Shown here piece after piece: positions 26,249 through 27,742 of a stretch of DNA of 27,742 nt. The position numbers and the translations under genes are program-made. The notes under the pieces are model-generated. The model was not told where the DNA came from. It searched no databases and worked only from the letters and a program-made list of their open reading frames with translations. Numbering within the stretch: the first letter of the stretch is position 1; the number at the start of each line of letters is the position of its first letter. Origin of the DNA: a virus (taxonomy: Duplodnaviria > Caudoviricetes); IMG/VR virus record IMGVR_UViG_3300030372_000076, positions 1 through 27,742 of that record; one strand, given 5' to 3'.

Positions 26249-26370
26249 TGAAAAAGTATTACAAAACAAAAACAACTAATATAACTAAGCTAAAGTCCTA
26301 CTTGGAAACTAAGCCTAAATCAAATAAAAATGACAGATCTAAAAGACACTCTACAAGTAGGAATAGCTAA
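26248..26370 (+). CDS. Possible 40-aa basic peptide
   Basis: MKKYYKTKTTNITKLKSYLE...; TAATG coupling. Confidence 0.45.
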   Translation: MKKYYKTKTTNITKLKSYLETKPKSNKNDRSKRHSTSRNS

Positions 26371-26488
26371 CGGATCAGCTATTGGTTTTAGTATTACAGA
26401 TTGCAATGAAGTTCTTACTCTTGTATCTTTAATATTAGCAATAGCATTTACAATATATAAGTTTTTCAAATTTAACAAAGATGCCTAA
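26330..26488 (+). CDS. 52-aa holin-like membrane protein
   Basis: MTDLKDTLQVGIANGSAIGFSITDCNEVLTLVSLILAIAFTIYKFFKFNKDA; hydrophobic helix with a basic C-terminus, upstream of the lysin candidate. Confidence 0.6.
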   Translation: MTDLKDTLQVGIANGSAIGFSITDCNEVLTLVSLILAIAFTIYKFFKFNKDA

Positions 26489-26612
26489 GAAACGAAAGTT
26501 AAACAGCAACAATCCTAAGTATAACAAAAACAAACAGGATGATATTAAAATGCGTAATGAATTTGTTAAAGAAGTTAAAGGCTGTAAAATCTATAAATCA
26601 TACCTCGCCTAG
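26481..26612 (+). CDS. Possible 43-aa basic peptide
   Basis: MPKKRKLNSNNPKY...VKEVKGCKIYKSYLA; stop lies 1 nt before the probable TTG start at 26614. Confidence 0.5.
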   Translation: MPKKRKLNSNNPKYNKNKQDDIKMRNEFVKEVKGCKIYKSYLA

Positions 26613-26613
26613 T

Positions 26614-27024
26614 TTGATACAAGCCAACATACTTATTATAAGAAAGACATTCACTGACAAATCTACTATTGGTGAGTTGTTTTTAAATGGTGAAAAGATG
26701 TGTGATACATTAGAGCTGCCTTATAAAGATAATCAAAGGAGAATATCTTGCATACCAGCAGGAGAATATAAGGCAAGATTAAGATACCCAAGAGAAAGTG
26801 GAAGTAGAGATTACTTGCACATATTAGTAAAAGATGTACCAAATAGAGATTATATTCTTTTTCACAGAGGTAATACAGCTAAAGATTCAAGAGGTTGCAT
26901 CCTAGTAGGATTAAAAAGCGAACAAGACATTGTTTATAACTCCACTTTAGCTTTAGATTTATTACTAAAAGAAATCATAAATTTGGGAGTAACAGATATG
27001 AATTTAATAATTAAAAATAATTAA
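26614..27024 (+). CDS. DUF5675-family protein, candidate endolysin (L,D-transpeptidase-like)
   Basis: STIGEL...CDTLE......SCIPAGEY...VPNR..ILFHRGNT..DSRGCILVG. The in-frame TTG at 26614 is preferred over ATG 26539. Confidence 0.75.
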   Translation: MIQANILIIRKTFTDKSTIGELFLNGEKMCDTLELPYKDNQRRISCIPAGEYKARLRYPRESGSRDYLHILVKDVPNRDYILFHRGNTAKDSRGCILVGLKSEQDIVYNSTLALDLLLKEIINLGVTDMNLIIKNN

Positions 27025-27025
27025 T

Positions 27026-27217
27026 ATGAAATTTTTAGAGAAATACCTTATTGGTCAGATGTTCAAATCAAAAAAGTTCTGGTACGCAGTAAGTTCTATC
27101 GTTGTACCTGCACTTGTAAAGTTTTTAGGAGTTGATGTAGAAACTGCTCAGAACTTATACTACGCACTACTAACTTTAGTTGTTGGACAGGGAATAGCAG
27201 ACATTGCAAAGAAATAA
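27026..27217 (+). CDS. Holin-like protein with two hydrophobic segments
   Basis: KSKKFW motif followed by two hydrophobic segments, ending GQGIADIAKK; adjacent to the lysin candidate. Confidence 0.65.
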   Translation: MKFLEKYLIGQMFKSKKFWYAVSSIVVPALVKFLGVDVETAQNLYYALLTLVVGQGIADIAKK

Positions 27218-27247
27218 TAATAGATACAGATTAAAGCCACACGAAAT
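27143..27247 (+). repeat. Terminal direct repeat, right copy (matches 1-102)
   Basis: 68 nt of exact identity, then near-identity to 27247. Confidence 0.95.
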
Positions 27248-27742
27248 TCAAGTAATAGAGAATTTAAGGAGCAACAAGGTTAATCGGTTGTGCGTGGGGG
27301 ATATTCATCTCCCATACACACACCGAAATTATTTGCAGCATTGTATAGATACCTATCACAAATATAATTGTACGGCTGTTTCGTTCACAGGAGATTTGAT
27401 TGATTCGCATTTTGCTTCGTTCCATCATACATCTACTGAAACAGATGGTAAGTATGAATTGACAATGGCAATAGAGCAAATAAAAGATTGGTATCAGGCA
27501 TTTAATAACGATACTGTACCTAATGGAATAAGCGTAACTCTTGGAAATCACGATTTGATTATTGCTAGGAAAGCAGAGGACTCAGGTATTGATAAGCGTT
27601 GGGTAAGAAGTTTAAACGAAGTGCTTGGCTGTCCTGATTGGAAATTTGAAGAGCAATTTGTACACGACAACGTATTATATACTCACGGAACAGGTTGCAG
27701 TGGTAAAGGAATTATGAAGCGTGTTCAAAATTGGGGTACATA
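27204..27742 (+). CDS. Calcineurin-like metallophosphoesterase, allele B (runs off the window end; absent from the ORF track)
   Basis: MQRNNNRYRLKPHEIQVIENLRSNKVNRLCVGDIHLP...GDLIDSH...GNHD...THG; open from TTG 27204 to the end. Confidence 0.9.
   Translation, partial: MQRNNNRYRLKPHEIQVIENLRSNKVNRLCVGDIHLPYTHRNYLQHCIDTYHKYNCTAVSFTGDLIDSHFASFHHTSTETDGKYELTMAIEQIKDWYQAFNNDTVPNGISVTLGNHDLIIARKAEDSGIDKRWVRSLNEVLGCPDWKFEEQFVHDNVLYTHGTGCSGKGIMKRVQNWGT

Noticed and set aside
26321-26350. CAAATAAA as a sixth late promoter
   Set aside because: No TCTATTATATA box follows at the 11-nt spacing; it is just the A-rich start region of the 26330 ORF.
2327-27551. All minus-strand ORFs in the track (e.g. 6561-6926, 17418-17720, 19672-19989, 27264-27551)
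   Set aside because: Each lies antisense to well-supported + strand genes, has no recognisable motif and reads as a shadow frame. 27264-27551 is antisense to phosphoesterase allele B.
1-27742. Diversity-generating retroelement or invertible tail-fibre cassette as the cause of the duplicated end
   Set aside because: No reverse transcriptase or invertase is visible, and the two phosphoesterase alleles differ throughout rather than only at adenines.
1-27742. Stop-codon reassignment
   Set aside because: Genes are full length and densely packed under the standard code; TAA and TGA clearly act as stops, and no gene needs TAG readthrough.

Overview
An apparently complete, AT-rich tailed (siphovirus-like) phage genome with a unit length of about 27,142 bp and every credible gene on the + strand. 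A TTTG-N20-TATCTTTG promoter, A-rich start regions without Shine-Dalgarno sites, and DUF3127- and DUF5675-like genes point to a Bacteroidota (probably Flavobacteriia) host. Layout: early/replication genes (SSB-like, DnaA domain IV-like, initiator with an internal iteron origin), a nin-like region with an ECF-type sigma factor, terminase, tail genes, head genes, portal, lysis genes and a metallophosphoesterase. Main observations: (1) a bipartite motif CAAATAAA-N11-TCTATTATATA precedes five late modules and is probably the promoter of the phage sigma factor; (2) the sequence returns to its own start at 27143 but then continues into a different, divergent metallophosphoesterase; (3) a -1 slippery site occurs in a tail-chaperone-like gene far from its usual position; (4) TerL has no ATG/GTG/TTG upstream of its Walker A motif; (5) a 12-bp DnaA-box-like array overlaps the early promoter; (6) the portal carries a long multi-module extension. 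All family calls come from motif recognition by eye, not database searches.
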